DNA of 64,000 bases from Antedon mediterranea (taxonomy: Eukaryota > Animalia > Echinodermata): assembly GCF_964355755.1 (NCBI RefSeq), contig NC_092677.1, forward strand, positions 10,314,101 through 10,378,100, read 5' to 3'. Made by a program: the position numbers and the translations under genes. The notes below the pieces were generated by a model. That model was not told where the DNA came from. It saw nothing but the letters and a program-made list of their open reading frames with translations, and did not search any database. The first letter of the stretch is position 1. Every line of letters begins with the position of its first letter. Shown here piece after piece: positions 1-12,900 of the stretch.

Positions 1-1802
1 ATTCCTAAATATGGTAGTGATATGACATCATTATGTCCATATATGGGCACATCAATTTTTTTTGTCCCATAAAGTTTGATAGTGTAGACAGAGTGTTTAA
101 CAAATGTACGTTATGACTGCAGTATGTCTATTATTGCGAATGGGTGGCATCAACTAAAATAAGATATTTCACGAACGAGAATCAGAAACACCTCTTGGTT
201 CTTTTTCTATTCAATGCGACCTATTAATAATTTCATTTTTATTTAAATGTTTACTAAATAATTACTCTTATTGTATTAGTCAAAAGTAAACTACTAAAGA
301 AAGCCAACAAATTATCAAGTAAACGGCAAAAATAATTTGATCTAATAATTTGTGTTTTTTTTTTAATGAATCTAGACCTACCATTTAAAATGGTTAATCA
401 ACTATTATTCTATTTTTCAAGGTAAACTATTGAAAAACAACAATTATTATCCAACAGTGTATCAAAACACTAAGATTGCCATACAATACAATTATCAAGT
501 AATTTATAATTCCAGTAAAAGAAATGTCATTTTTATTTATTTATTTATTTTTTATTTAACAACATATTTATACAGGATAATACACAATCAAGTAGAAATA
601 AACTTGTTTTGCATTGTGGTCCTGTCGACAAAAACGGATACAAATTTAAATCTTATACAATTACAATTAATAATAAATCAACAACAAATATAAACTGGAA
701 GTTAAATTTTATTAAAAGAAATGAGATCTGTATCTAGCTTTAGAGGACATAATCGTGTGTGAATGTTTTATATATGCTGGCAAGTCATTCCATATTTTTC
801 CGCCTGCAACTTTAAAAGACGAATCCATTTTTATATTCTTAATGAAATGGAGTTTAGAATAGAATGTCCCAGTAATGACTGTAGTAATTTGTTTAATGTA
901 TTTGTGATATTTTCTTTTTATCTATATCTTTGTTTTTGTTATTGTTTGTGATCCCTGAGCACAGGGTGTTTTTTTATGGAAAAGAAAAATAAAAAATAAA
1001 TTTTTGAAACAAAGAATACATTTTGGAAAAACTATTTTGATAAAAACAAAAATAAATTTTTTGGGGAAAAAAATATCAAGTAGGCCTAAACGGGAAAATA
1101 GTGTGACCTAATATTTGTGTATACTTAATTTCATTTTTATTCAAATTCTTAATAAATTATTATTTTATTAATCAAAATATCGAAAGTAAACTCTGGGAAA
1201 GAGGCCACAACAGTCTAGATTAGCACTGTATACACACGCAAATACAAAGCCTAATTTTAACTTTATATTATTTTTTAGTAAAATAATATCCCAAAATTAT
1301 ACTATTATAATTATTATTAAGGTCCTGTCAATTCTTCTAATTTTCAATTTCTTAGTAATCCGGGTTTGCTCTTTCTTTTAGGGAAATACCCCAATTGTCT
1401 TCGCTAGAGAATTATCGAATTTCACACCCGCTTATTGCAAAATGTTGTTTAATCGATTTTCTATGGAAATTGATGAGCACAATAACTAGACTATGTTGTT
1501 ATTGCACAATGCGAGCGAACTATTTCGTACAATAAAATTTGTACAAAATATCCGTTCCGACCTTGTTTAGTGTCACATCCTTACAAACATTCACTGTGGA
1601 GGAGAGATTGTATTTTTTTTCTTCTGTCAAAATGATATATTTTCGATGCTATCACTGAGTATGGTTTTGAGCTACGATTTCCGAGAATGGATTTTAATAC
1701 CTTTCAAATAAACTAAACAGTAGAGATTCATAATAGAAAATTAGCAATATAGTAGGTACGTATAAGCAAAGAATATCTTAGTATAAATAAGTGTCTACTT
1801 AC

Positions 1803-2504
1803 TGAGAACGAGGATATATCTTGCTGGCTCCTGCAAATCCAGCCATCTGACATAGTACATTAGCCTGATCCTGTTCAACACCCACGCTACACACCGTATA
1901 TTTTGTGTCATTATATTTCACAACCAGCGTGCCTTCAAATCTGTTTCGCCCGGTAGGTTCTAAATAAAGCGATGCCGTCGCTCCAAGGCCTGACAAAAAT
2001 GAACAAAAACGGCGTTATACAGAGGAGAGAATGGTGTCACCCCTTCTCCTAAACACGTACAATATCAATCATTAGATATGTCAATGTTTACAATTTGTCT
2101 ACAGAATCCAATAACCTTTACCTGGGAGTGGAGGGGTGTCGAGAGGGCTTATTCAAGGACATTATATAGAACAATGTTTTAACTGTATCTTAAACATCAT
2201 AATTTGATTTGAAATAAGTACATCGTGAAATTGCCGCGAATTATTTCTAGGAGCTGGCTGGTTTCGGACTAGTGTTGATACTATACTGTCAGCGAAAACA
2301 ATGCTATAGTTATATTGGATTTATTAGTATGTTTAGGCTAGGGAGGATGTGCACATTTACATTTTACGATTTATTCCCAAAACGCAAACATAAATATAAA
2401 ATATATATAAATACCAGCCTAAGGAGGTAATGTGTGTGCACTGAAATATAATGCAACTCACCAACATTCATGGAAGTAATTCCTAGTAGAAATAATACAA
2501 TCAT
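1803..2504 (-). CDS. Secreted SRCR-like domain protein A, 5' part only (continues beyond the left edge of the window)
   Basis: Exon 2504-2462 encodes a signal peptide MIVLFLLGITSMNV with donor GTGAGT, phase 1. Exon 1989-1803 follows acceptor TTTTTGTCAG and reads GLGATASLYLEPTGRNRFEGTLVVKYNDTKYTVCSVGVEQDQANVLCQMAGF, donor GTAAGT. EG-x-L-x-V, TVC and A-x-V-x-C-x3-GF match the first half of an SRCR domain. Confidence 0.75.
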
Positions 2505-3759
2505 TTTGCTTAGAATTGTCCGTTTGTTGAATTGTGCCTTGTTCTTCTTGAGGCAAAAAGTTTAACATAACTAAACGCGACGCAATGGTCCTGTACTCTT
2601 TTATTACCGACTACTTTCGTGTGAAAGTGGAAAAACCAAACTATATATATTAATAGAATATAACTCATTAACAGTAACAAAAGTTTGTATCTGAACTAAA
2701 GTTTATTGAATAGGCATTGTTCGTATTAAGCCTACATCGAAAAATGACATATTATTCACTAAAATATCTCTATGGTATTATCCAGTACTTTGTTGACATT
2801 GCCACTGTTATATAATAAAACCATTACAATGATATTGTTGGTTGCAAGGGGTCGGTGGAGTTGCACTGGAGTTGCGCTGGATATGCAGCGCATGGTTAGG
2901 CTAGATATTCAAGTACTAGATATTCAATTTCATGAGATAAAAAGTACTTTAAGTATTTTAATAGTGTAAACGCCCTTAATAAGAATTTGTGTCATTTTTT
3001 TTTTTGTGCAGGTCATTTTTCACCATAAATAAATTAAACCAATTGGCTTCCAAGGCACTTGTATTGTTATTATATCGTATGATGGTTTGGAAAATAAATT
3101 AATATTGATATAGGCCTATAATATATCAATAATGTTATGTAGGCATTAATATAAACAAGCACGAATGTGCGATACTCGGGGTACAGCAAAATAAGACGGG
3201 ATGTGACGTCACATACACATCAATAACCTCGCTACCAAATACGGCTATACGGTACCATCTTCGAGACGTGATATGGCTGCATCCGGTTTGAAATTTAAAA
3301 ATCCGGCTCTATAGCTTTGAGGACATGTCCCTGTAGTATATTCATGCCAAATCCCAGCTCAATACTACAACGAATAAGGGAGGAGTAGTACTTTATAAAT
3401 CGCACTTTTTACTCAATAGTGTCCAGATGGACGAGGAGGAGAAAATGAGTGAGTCCTAGACTCCGGTACTCCGAGTAAAAAAACAGTGCTAGAACCTTTA
3501 ATGTACTTATAAGGATATCGAAATGTTTAATGGGAAATCGGAGAAAGATTACCGAATGCACATTCTGTTTTTTGTTGTTGTAGTATTATCTTTATTGGAT
3601 CAGGTTGACAAAGGAAATATTTTGGTAAACACTTAATCGTTAGGCTGTCTAATGTGCTTGTAATATCGAAAGTCCTATGGGCTTATTCTAATTACTGAAT
3701 ATCATTTTTATGGGACTGTTCTGCGAAAAAAAATCACTAATAGACTACACTCTACCTAT

Positions 3760-4185
3760 AGAGCTTCTCACTGTGGACGCAACGAAAGGATGTAATCGCA
3801 CCGCAAGCGAATTTACCAATCACAAGCAATATATTCGAATAATCCATCGCTTTTGATTGATCAATTCGCTTGCGTCCTAATGCTTGGTTCCCACTGGAGA
3901 CGCAACACAAGCAAAATAATTATAGTGATCAATCGCAAGCGATGCCCATTATTCGAACTGTCGCTTTATCCACTTGTTTGCGTTGCACTTACGTCAGTGC
4001 GTTGCGTATATGGTGGGAACATGGCTTAAAGCTTGGTTCCCACTTCAAAGCAACGCAAAGATATAGACACAACGCAGGCAATTCAACCAATAACAAACGA
4101 AAGACTTCTCTTCCTGTTGCTTGTGATTGGTCAAATTAATCATGTTGCGCGTACGTCCTTTCATTGCGTCCTAATGGGAACCAAA
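3760..4185. mobile_element. Cluster of adjacent Harbinger-like MITEs (TIR GCTTGGTTCCCAC)
   Basis: Three related units with GGTTCCCA/TGGGAAC ends and shared internal CCAATCACAAGC / GATTGGTCAA motifs. Confidence 0.55.
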
Positions 4186-5244
4186 TCAATTCCATATTAA
4201 CTTTTGATTTGAATAACAAACATCGAAAGAAGCCGGTTAATATTGGTATTACTCTTTGTGGCCTTTTAACCCAAACACAATCGTTTAAAATACAAACATT
4301 TAATAAAAGGCAAAAAATGTAAAGAGCTCGACACAATACCAATAAAACAAATCAAAAGCCATACAGTATTCTATTTTTATTTGGTTTACGGTAGCTTGAT
4401 CTTAACACTTGATTGTTTTCGAATTTTAAGTATATTTGGATAAATATTACGCAAACAACCCAGTATATCAATAATATAGATAAATGTATTCAATTGGTTT
4501 TTAAAAGGTTTGTCAAAGAGTGATTGGAAAACAGATTTGGTGGGGAGGGGTGAAGAGTTAGAGGGAAGAAGATTAAGGCCTGAGATAGATCGAGGGTGAT
4601 GTGGAGCGAGAGATGTGGGAGTGAATGGTGGGGTAGAAGGTGAGTGAGGTTGAGTGTAGTCGGCCTATAATAGGACGTACACCATCGCACACCTCATTGC
4701 ATCGCACGGTTTAAAAGTTTATTTTGTGATAGATAAAAGATTATCACGGTAAATGTTAAAATTAGAAACTTACAAATAAAAAGTTAATGAAGTAAAGAGA
4801 ACCTTGAAATATATAAACACTTTTTGTTGCCTTTTTAAGGGTGAATTCACTGTGTTTATTTTCGTAGATTTACTTAGCTGGATGTTGTTGTAATAATAAA
4901 CAATGAATATTAACATGACTCCTGTGGGAACTATAAACGATGACGAAGAAAATAAGGTGTATTTATTTGGTAAACTAGCAGTACAAATACAATAATCACC
5001 ATGAGACGCGAGAATGTCATCTTCTCCCAAAGGATGTATCAATCACATGGAGGTTATACAGTAGCCCTACTTTGATTCACATTTAATTCGGACAATTTCC
5101 CCCAATCATGGAGCCTAATACCTCCATGCCCGGCCCCAATATAATAATCTCCTTCGGTCAACCGGTTCATTGACTTTCACAATAGTTATACTATATGAAA
5201 ACATTGTTTATTATTTTACATACTGTACAATAACAGTTGAACTA

Positions 5245-5485
5245 TTATATACTGTAAAACAAAGGCTACACGGGCAGTATTTTCTATACTGTAAAACAAA
5301 GGCTACACGGGCAGTATTTTCTATACTGTAAAACAAAGGCTACACGGGCAGTATTTTCTATACTGTAAAACAAAGACTGCACGGGTAGTATTTTCTCTGT
5401 ACAACCATGGAACTATATCCATGGTACAACAAAGGTTATACAGGCAGTATTATTACCTATACTGTAAATCAAAGGCTGTACAGGT
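5245..5485. repeat. 37-bp tandem repeat
   Basis: (TATACTGTAAAACAAAGGCTACACGGGCAGTATTTTC)n, about 6 copies. Confidence 0.9.
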
Positions 5486-6069
5486 ATATGTATTTCATGG
5501 ACCTATAGTCCATGGTTTAAATGGATTTGATAACTATAGTATTGATTGAATTGACGTCACCATGGCTCGCAGCCAGGTTCAGTTCCCGGAAAAGGAACCC
5601 CTAGCAAGAAGCATTCTGTTATTATAATTACTTGTAAAAGTAAGTTTCGAAATGTAATGCTGTTTCCTACATGACAAGTTTGACTACTTACTTTCGGAAC
5701 TGCACAAATTGCAGCACATCATTAGGCCTACCAAGAACAATCTCCATTTGTTTGCCATGATAATTGCTCAAAACATAGTTTCCAATCCAAGACACACACA
5801 AAAAAACACAAAATGTATCGTAGACCTAGTACTTTATATCGACAATGTGCGTGACACCTGTGATTAAACGTAGGGCTACATAAAGCAAAATTCCATATGT
5901 TATCTTTACAAATATCAAAGGTCTTGTTTTTATTACTAGAAATGGTATTGTCAATAGGCCTAATCAGTGAACTATATCAATTTATATATATTGTATATTT
6001 TGGCCAACATGTCAAGATTTTCTTAGAAGAATTAGTCAAATAATTTTCACATAAACGATTTTCTTATAA

Positions 6070-6230
6070 AGCTCTGTTTCACTATCAAACTTTACGTGAC
6101 AACACAAAGTGATGTGCCCATATATGGACACGATGACGTCATATCACTATCAAAATTTAAGCATATCACTACGATATATGGGCACATCACACTTTTTTTG
6201 TCAAACTAGTTTGATAGTGTAGACAGAACT
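6070..6230. mobile_element. MITE family 1 (TIR AGCTCTGTCTACACTATCAAAC; PIF/Harbinger, Tourist-like)
   Basis: Long TIRs with internal (ATATCACTACCATATTTGGGC)-type repeats and TAA at the left end. Confidence 0.8.
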
Positions 6231-7079
6231 TCAGGTGGTCGAGGTGTGTAATCCGAAACGTAACGTAATTTTCAATTTAAAGAGTAACGTTTTTCTTCCC
6301 TGGTTATTTTTCACTCTTCCCTTTTTGACTATCACTCTTCCCTATTTGACTATCACTCTTCTTTGGTTATTTATCACTATTACCTGGATATTTTAACTCT
6401 TCCATTCCCACTTTTTGTACATGTTAATGCATAGGCCACCTAATCTGTTGAACTCTCGATTTTTAATTTTAGCTGAACGAAAGTAAACAATCGGCTATAT
6501 CATTTTCATGAACAATCTTTTATTGGAACAATGGACTTAAAGATACACTTTGTACTCTCCTGCGATAATTAACCTGAAAATCACAATCTTTGCATTGTTT
6601 ACTTACACGTGCACCCGTAATCAAATTCAATCAAACATTTCAGACTGATTTTTGTTTTCAATCCTTATAGATTGAAATTTTAACAATTATGTAGTTGGAT
6701 TTGCTAACATAATTTATAAATAAAACAGTGTATAAACATGACATTAAATGGGTACACAGTTTGAAATGATACAAGGAAAACTAATAAATGTTCTTTAGAA
6801 GTATTATCTAAAGTGGTAATATCAATACCTTAAAAAAAACACTGAAATCGGACATAAAACAAGAAACAACATAGAATATTGCAGAAAACACAAACTATAC
6901 TTTTCCTGAAATGTAATAACATTAAAGTTGTTGAAAAAAAAAGTTTAATTGGTCGTAAAGTGAAAGAGTCAATATGAAATATCCCTCAAAACCATAAAAA
7001 CAAGATAACATTCACATTTTGCAATTTTAATAAATTTAAAGATGTATTTTTTATTTAGTTAAATCAGACTTTGAACAAC

Positions 7080-7720
7080 ACTAAAACAGAAGAATATATA
7101 ATCAAACGAAAAGGAGATGAATCATGGAAAAATGTAAATATCTAGGATCGCTAATTGACACAGATAACGATATGAAACGCCGAAAACAACTCGCAATATC
7201 AGCCTTCAACAACTACAAAGAAATTCTAACACGCAAAAACTTATTACTAGAAGTAAGGATGAGACTATGCAATATATACGTCAGAAGCATATTCATGTAC
7301 AACTCAGAATTATGGACAATAACCAAAAAACAAGAGGACGAAATTGACTGTTTCCATAGGAAATTATTAAGAAAAATTATAAAAATTAAGTGGCCATATA
7401 CAATCAGAAATATAGAACTATATAGCAGAACGAAAGAACTAAAATGGTCAAACATAATAAAGAAAAGAAAATACAAATGGACCGGACATATGCTAAGGCT
7501 TCCGATGGACACTTCAGCCAAATTAGCGTTGACAGAATCCATTCGAAAAGTTAAAAGACCAGTGGGCAGACCAAAAACTACCTCGATAGGAAACATAAAT
7601 AAAGAACTCAAAAAAGCAAATACATCGATCGCAAAACTAATGACAGACCATCAGACCACCGAAAGAGAGTCATGGAAACGATTATAGCGTACGCAATGTC
7701 TACCCAAGACGAATAGCGTA
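7080..7720 (+). mobile_element. Non-LTR retrotransposon fragment (RTE-like reverse transcriptase C-terminal region)
   Basis: ORF 7124-7687 contains KYLGS, MYNSELWT, CFHRKLLRKI, KWTGHMLR and RPVGRPKTT, typical of the RTE-group ORF end. Confidence 0.85.
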
Positions 7721-9905
7721 ACGGATGATGAGACTTTGAATATATTATTTTGTTGTTAATCAGTTCAATAGAAAAAAACGAAAAAATCATGTTTTCACCT
7801 TTTCACAATAAATGCTAAAATTCAACCAAAAATCCCTTGGCTGGCAGCCAATTTGACCATTTTTTTGCTTTAAATTACATTTTTTTCAGGTAAATACATT
7901 TTTTTTCGATCCAATTTTTGGTCAAAGTGGATAACTATTATGTTACATTAAAATGGAATATTAAAAAAAAAATGTTTTTAAGAATTATTTTTCAGGGAGA
8001 CAATACTTGTCTAACCATAACCCATTCACTTCCAGACACACGATTTGCCAATTTGTTTTGTTGTAAATTACGTGTTCATAACCAAAATATTGTTTTTAAT
8101 CCAATTGTCAAATTGCGTAACTATTATGTCATATTAAAATGGCCTATTCAACTATTTACATATTATGTTTTTGAAAATCCTGGTTTCAGTTCACACTCTT
8201 CCTTTAATACATTTATTTTGTTAATTTCCAATGATAAAATACCTTTAATATGGCTTAATTTGTAAAAAAATATAGTTTTTTTACAACATTATTGTAATAA
8301 AAAATTAATACACTTTCGTTAAATTGTTACGTCATCTAATACGTCATTATTTTTTAATTCATTATTATATCATTCATTATAACTGACAAAAAATAATAGT
8401 ACACAATTTGAAATCGAAAATATGTCGGTCTCCAGCAAACCTATTTTAAAAATTAAATATTTACAAAAATTAAATTGAAAATTGTTTGTACAACCGATTT
8501 TCAAATTTTTCAAATGAATTCTTAATTAACTGAGAAATTCCACAATTTGAAATCGAATATAATATTTTGATCTCAATCAATTAAATATTCACAAAAATTT
8601 AATTGAAAATTGTTTGTGTACAATTAACTTTAATATTTTTCAAATAAAGGCCGAAACGTCAACTCAATTATGACCTCGCGTTACGGTTGTAATTTTTGTT
8701 AACCATAATTTGTAGCCTAACTTTGTTGTTCAATAGATTGATTCAATCTAGAAATTTGATAACGTTGGTGATAGCGAATAATAGACCTAGGTTAAAATAT
8801 GAAGAAAGGGTTTTTATAGAATAGATTATTACTTTGACTTTATATTAAAGGGTCAAGTATGTTAATAACCACAAGTAATAATAAACAGGCTACCTTTTCA
8901 TAACTATACCTGTACTATCGATTAGGCTGTAGTAGTTCCTTTCTTTTTAAAATGATTTCGACCTCTTTGTAACATCATGGAGCTTATTTCTCCATGGTCA
9001 ATGGCGACATTGATTTTTAAAAGTTACCTTACACTAACGTATACACAGTAGAACCCCTGCTATAGAACATCCCATTCAGTGGAAAATTCTATGAAAGAGA
9101 CACTTTCCCATTAAACGAACGAGAAGAAATATTTAACACTATTGGGACACCTATTAAAGAAACACGTTTTAGTCCCGAGGGTTTCCCCTATTAAGGGTTT
9201 CTGCTGTATATAAAAGAAATATACAAATCAAATTACTGAAAACAAAATACAAATCTGTGGGTATCAGTGGCTGGATCTCAATAAAGATACAAAATAAAAT
9301 AACAAAACGATAAATCAAAACGATAAATTAAAACGATAAATTAAAACATCCAGAAAGAAATATAAATATTGCATTGTTTACATTCACACATGGTACAACC
9401 GTTCTTTTCTCATTTTCAATCCTCTCTGACGACTGGCACGATGTGAACCAAACTCTTACAAACTCTGGTTGTGAAAGCTGATTGGTTCGTAAGCATGCGC
9501 AGACTTTTCGTAGCCTACGGTGACATGTCGTGCAAGAGTCGTCCACCACACCACCATCATCACCACCACCACCATCACATTTCATTTATTGCATATCAAT
9601 TATCAAACACAAATACAAAAAATAAGCGGGATAAATTTTTACATTACATGCAAGGAACCCAACTTAAGTAGAAATGAAATCCCCAATGGTCTTTGCAATA
9701 AAATGTACATATACCACATTAAAAAATATTATGAACACTGACACATACAACGCAAAAATAATCGAAAAAAACGAAGTATATACACAATTTGAATGCTTCC
9801 TTAAAAATTGATAATAAGATAAAGCAGACGACATTTCAGCTGCGAGTGATCAGACAACAAACATGCTGATATATTGATAATATACTTCGAAAACCGTCGG
9901 TTCAG

Positions 9906-12900
9906 TTATCGCGCTGAAATTAAACCCGCTACCAGAATGGATACCCATACAACCCGTAAGGTTAAGGTACCAGAGATCAAAGACTGAGCTGATGAATTCG
10001 GCGATTGTTGGGTGCTGTGGAAGTCAGACGGTGGTGCTGGGCTGATTTGAGTACAGCGATTTAAACATTCATGTATGTCTTCTTTCTTTTTATAGTACAA
10101 ACCTGAAAGAACAAGTAAGAGTTTATACATTCATTAATATTTGTATGATAACGATTTGATTATTGATCATTCCATACCAATAACGATGAAATGTGATAAT
10201 TGCCACCAAAAAAATTATACTCGACGCGCTGAAACAAAAATTCCAGTTGAATTTGTTAATCGTTGTACACATAAACACCTTCAATTTATAAGAATGATGG
10301 TCAATAGATGTAATAAACGGGTTAATGAACTAGGTACTTATTTATCTATATTTCCAAGGTGATATACCCAAATATGGTAGTAATATGACATCATCATGTC
10401 CAAATATGGGCACATCACGTTTTTTTTTTCACATAAAAGTTTGATAGTGTAGACAGAGCTTAACATTTAACATTTTAATTTAGAAGAAGTCACAATATCA
10501 ACATATTGTACCAACGTTATTTTATGCATGCGAGTGAAAATCAAATAGGTCACACTTACCATTTTCGCAAAAGTCTTTGCGGTCACCTTAAATATACAAA
10601 GATAAATGATACTACGTTAATTTTTGGTCAAATCTTGTCTATTAATCAGTCACTTAATTCATCTTTGAATGAATTATACTATTTAAAAAATATATTTATA
10701 GTATCTTGCAATGTTAAACTTTTTCAAATACTATTTACTTTTTTTAAATATTCACTAAATCTTTTATTTGTATAGTTACATATTTTTTCTCATAATTATA
10801 TTTTAAGTATTAAGTCATAAAAGTTTCATGTTATATAAATGTTTGTATATCATATTTAGTAAATCTAAGGCAAATTACTGAAAATGACAATTCTGTGTGT
10901 GTCAGTGGCTGGATCTCAATTGAGATACAAAATAAAATAAGCAAAAATCTAAATCAAAACGATAAAGTAAAACAGCCAGAAAAATTAGCAAAGATTTCGG
11001 GCAACACTTGTATTGGTATATAAATTGGTGAAATAAATTATATGATATATAACAATATTAATAAATAAGTCAATATTGATATCAATCAATCAAACAGGAA
11101 ATACATTTCAATATGAAGGCTCATTTGTGTTGGTAAATATCAAGTAGAGAGAATTAAACTGAAAAGGAAATTTACATTCGAAATGTTTGTGTACTGGCTG
11201 GACCTCTTCAAAAGTCTCCACCGCGGGAAACGGGTTATTTTGCTGAAGAAGTCTACAGCCAGTACACACAATTTCAGTTTGTGTTAACATCAAAAGTTTA
11301 ATCTCTCTACAAGAAATAAATTAATCGATATATTTCGTAGATCTTACCATTTTCAAATGAACACTTGACGGCCAACAGACGAGGTGGCGTACTACCGTTC
11401 TTCATACACTGACACTGAACATTTGCAGGTTGTTTCCAAGTGCAATTTTCAATACTTGTGTATATACTACAGTATAGATATAGGTCTTTGTACTTGGCTT
11501 CAGAACCCCTGAAATGATAATACGGCCAACGATAAAGATATCAATATATGTATTGCAAAAGTAATAGTATAGTATCTATATTGTGGTGTACATCCAGCTC
11601 TTTAAATGAATAGATACAATGTAAAATATAAAGTGTTTATTATTATTATTTTAAGATTAAAATAAAAACAAAAAAAAACATTTATTTACAGTAGACACTT
11701 GGATAGGGGTTCCCGTTTACGTAGGAAACACTGATATGGTTCGGTGGAAGGGTTTATATATTTTACATTATTATAATACTCGGTCATATGACCACTAACA
11801 CAAGGAAAAGGTAATTGAAAACCACAATCAGCGAGAAAAACGATGTAGGCGGCAAAATTTAGATGAGCATCAGTTAATAAATGAAAGCAGCGAAAATGTC
11901 GAGTGTACACACATACAATTCTTTGGCTTTCAAACAACATTTAAACAATATACTTCTTGCTTTTTGATAAACAATGATTATGTTTTTCTGCTTTTAATGA
12001 AGTTTTATACCATTTTAACTCCCATTGTTGCTTGTAATCTTGCACTTTTTCCTTGATAGTTTGACCAAATGAATGAATATTCCGGAAAAGTAGGTAAATA
12101 GGAAACAGTTGCATACATATAGTTTAAAATAATATATTACTTACGTTTTTGCCTCGATGGGGTTAACTTTACCGCTATCTAATCCTTCATTTTTACAAAT
12201 CACTTTAGCTGTTGCCGTCGAGTTACCATTGGCTTTTATACATTTTGTTTCATAAAATTGGTCTTCAAAATAAGTTTTCATTGCACCTTCCAACACGCAT
12301 TCATGTGGCTTTGTGTTGTTAACAAACACAATTGACTCATCTGAAACAAAAGTAAGTAATGTTTTATGCCGTCGCAAAACTGGTGTTTGGATTTAGGATG
12401 AAGAGGGTTGACATGATCCAGAGGTTGTACTTTGGAATTCTAGTACAGCTCAATTTTGGACTGAGATTTAAGGCCAGGTATTTAGTTTCGCTTAAGGCTT
12501 AAAATCCTGAAGAAAAGAATATTTTCCAGTGCGCGTAATAATGTGCTTTTGAAATAATATTTTATAATAGGTCCTCGCATGTCGTACGGACGGATGTTTC
12601 GCAGATACACAGAAGGCAGCCTTTGGTTGATAGGCCTACCCTGGTCTAAATGCATACAATGTTTGTGTCCCTTTCTACCTAACACCAATATATACAATCA
12701 TACGTCCAGTAGGCCATTTATTTATCAAATATTTAAAATAAATAAAAAACGCGTCTAAAAATTCCAAAGATAGATTGTTGTCGATTATGGATATGTTATT
12801 TAAATATTTTCTTTTGTACTATTTTTTCCCGGTTAAACTACCAGACTAAAAGTGAAAAATAATGACTACTAACCTTTGTAGCAACGTAGAACAATGCTTG

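Noticed and set aside
7213-7611. 132-aa hydrophobic minus-strand ORF
   Set aside because: It is the antisense shadow of the A-rich retrotransposon ORF.
9471-9671. Poly-His ORF
   Set aside because: It is a (CAC/CAT)n microsatellite downstream of SRCR-like gene B, with no exon context.
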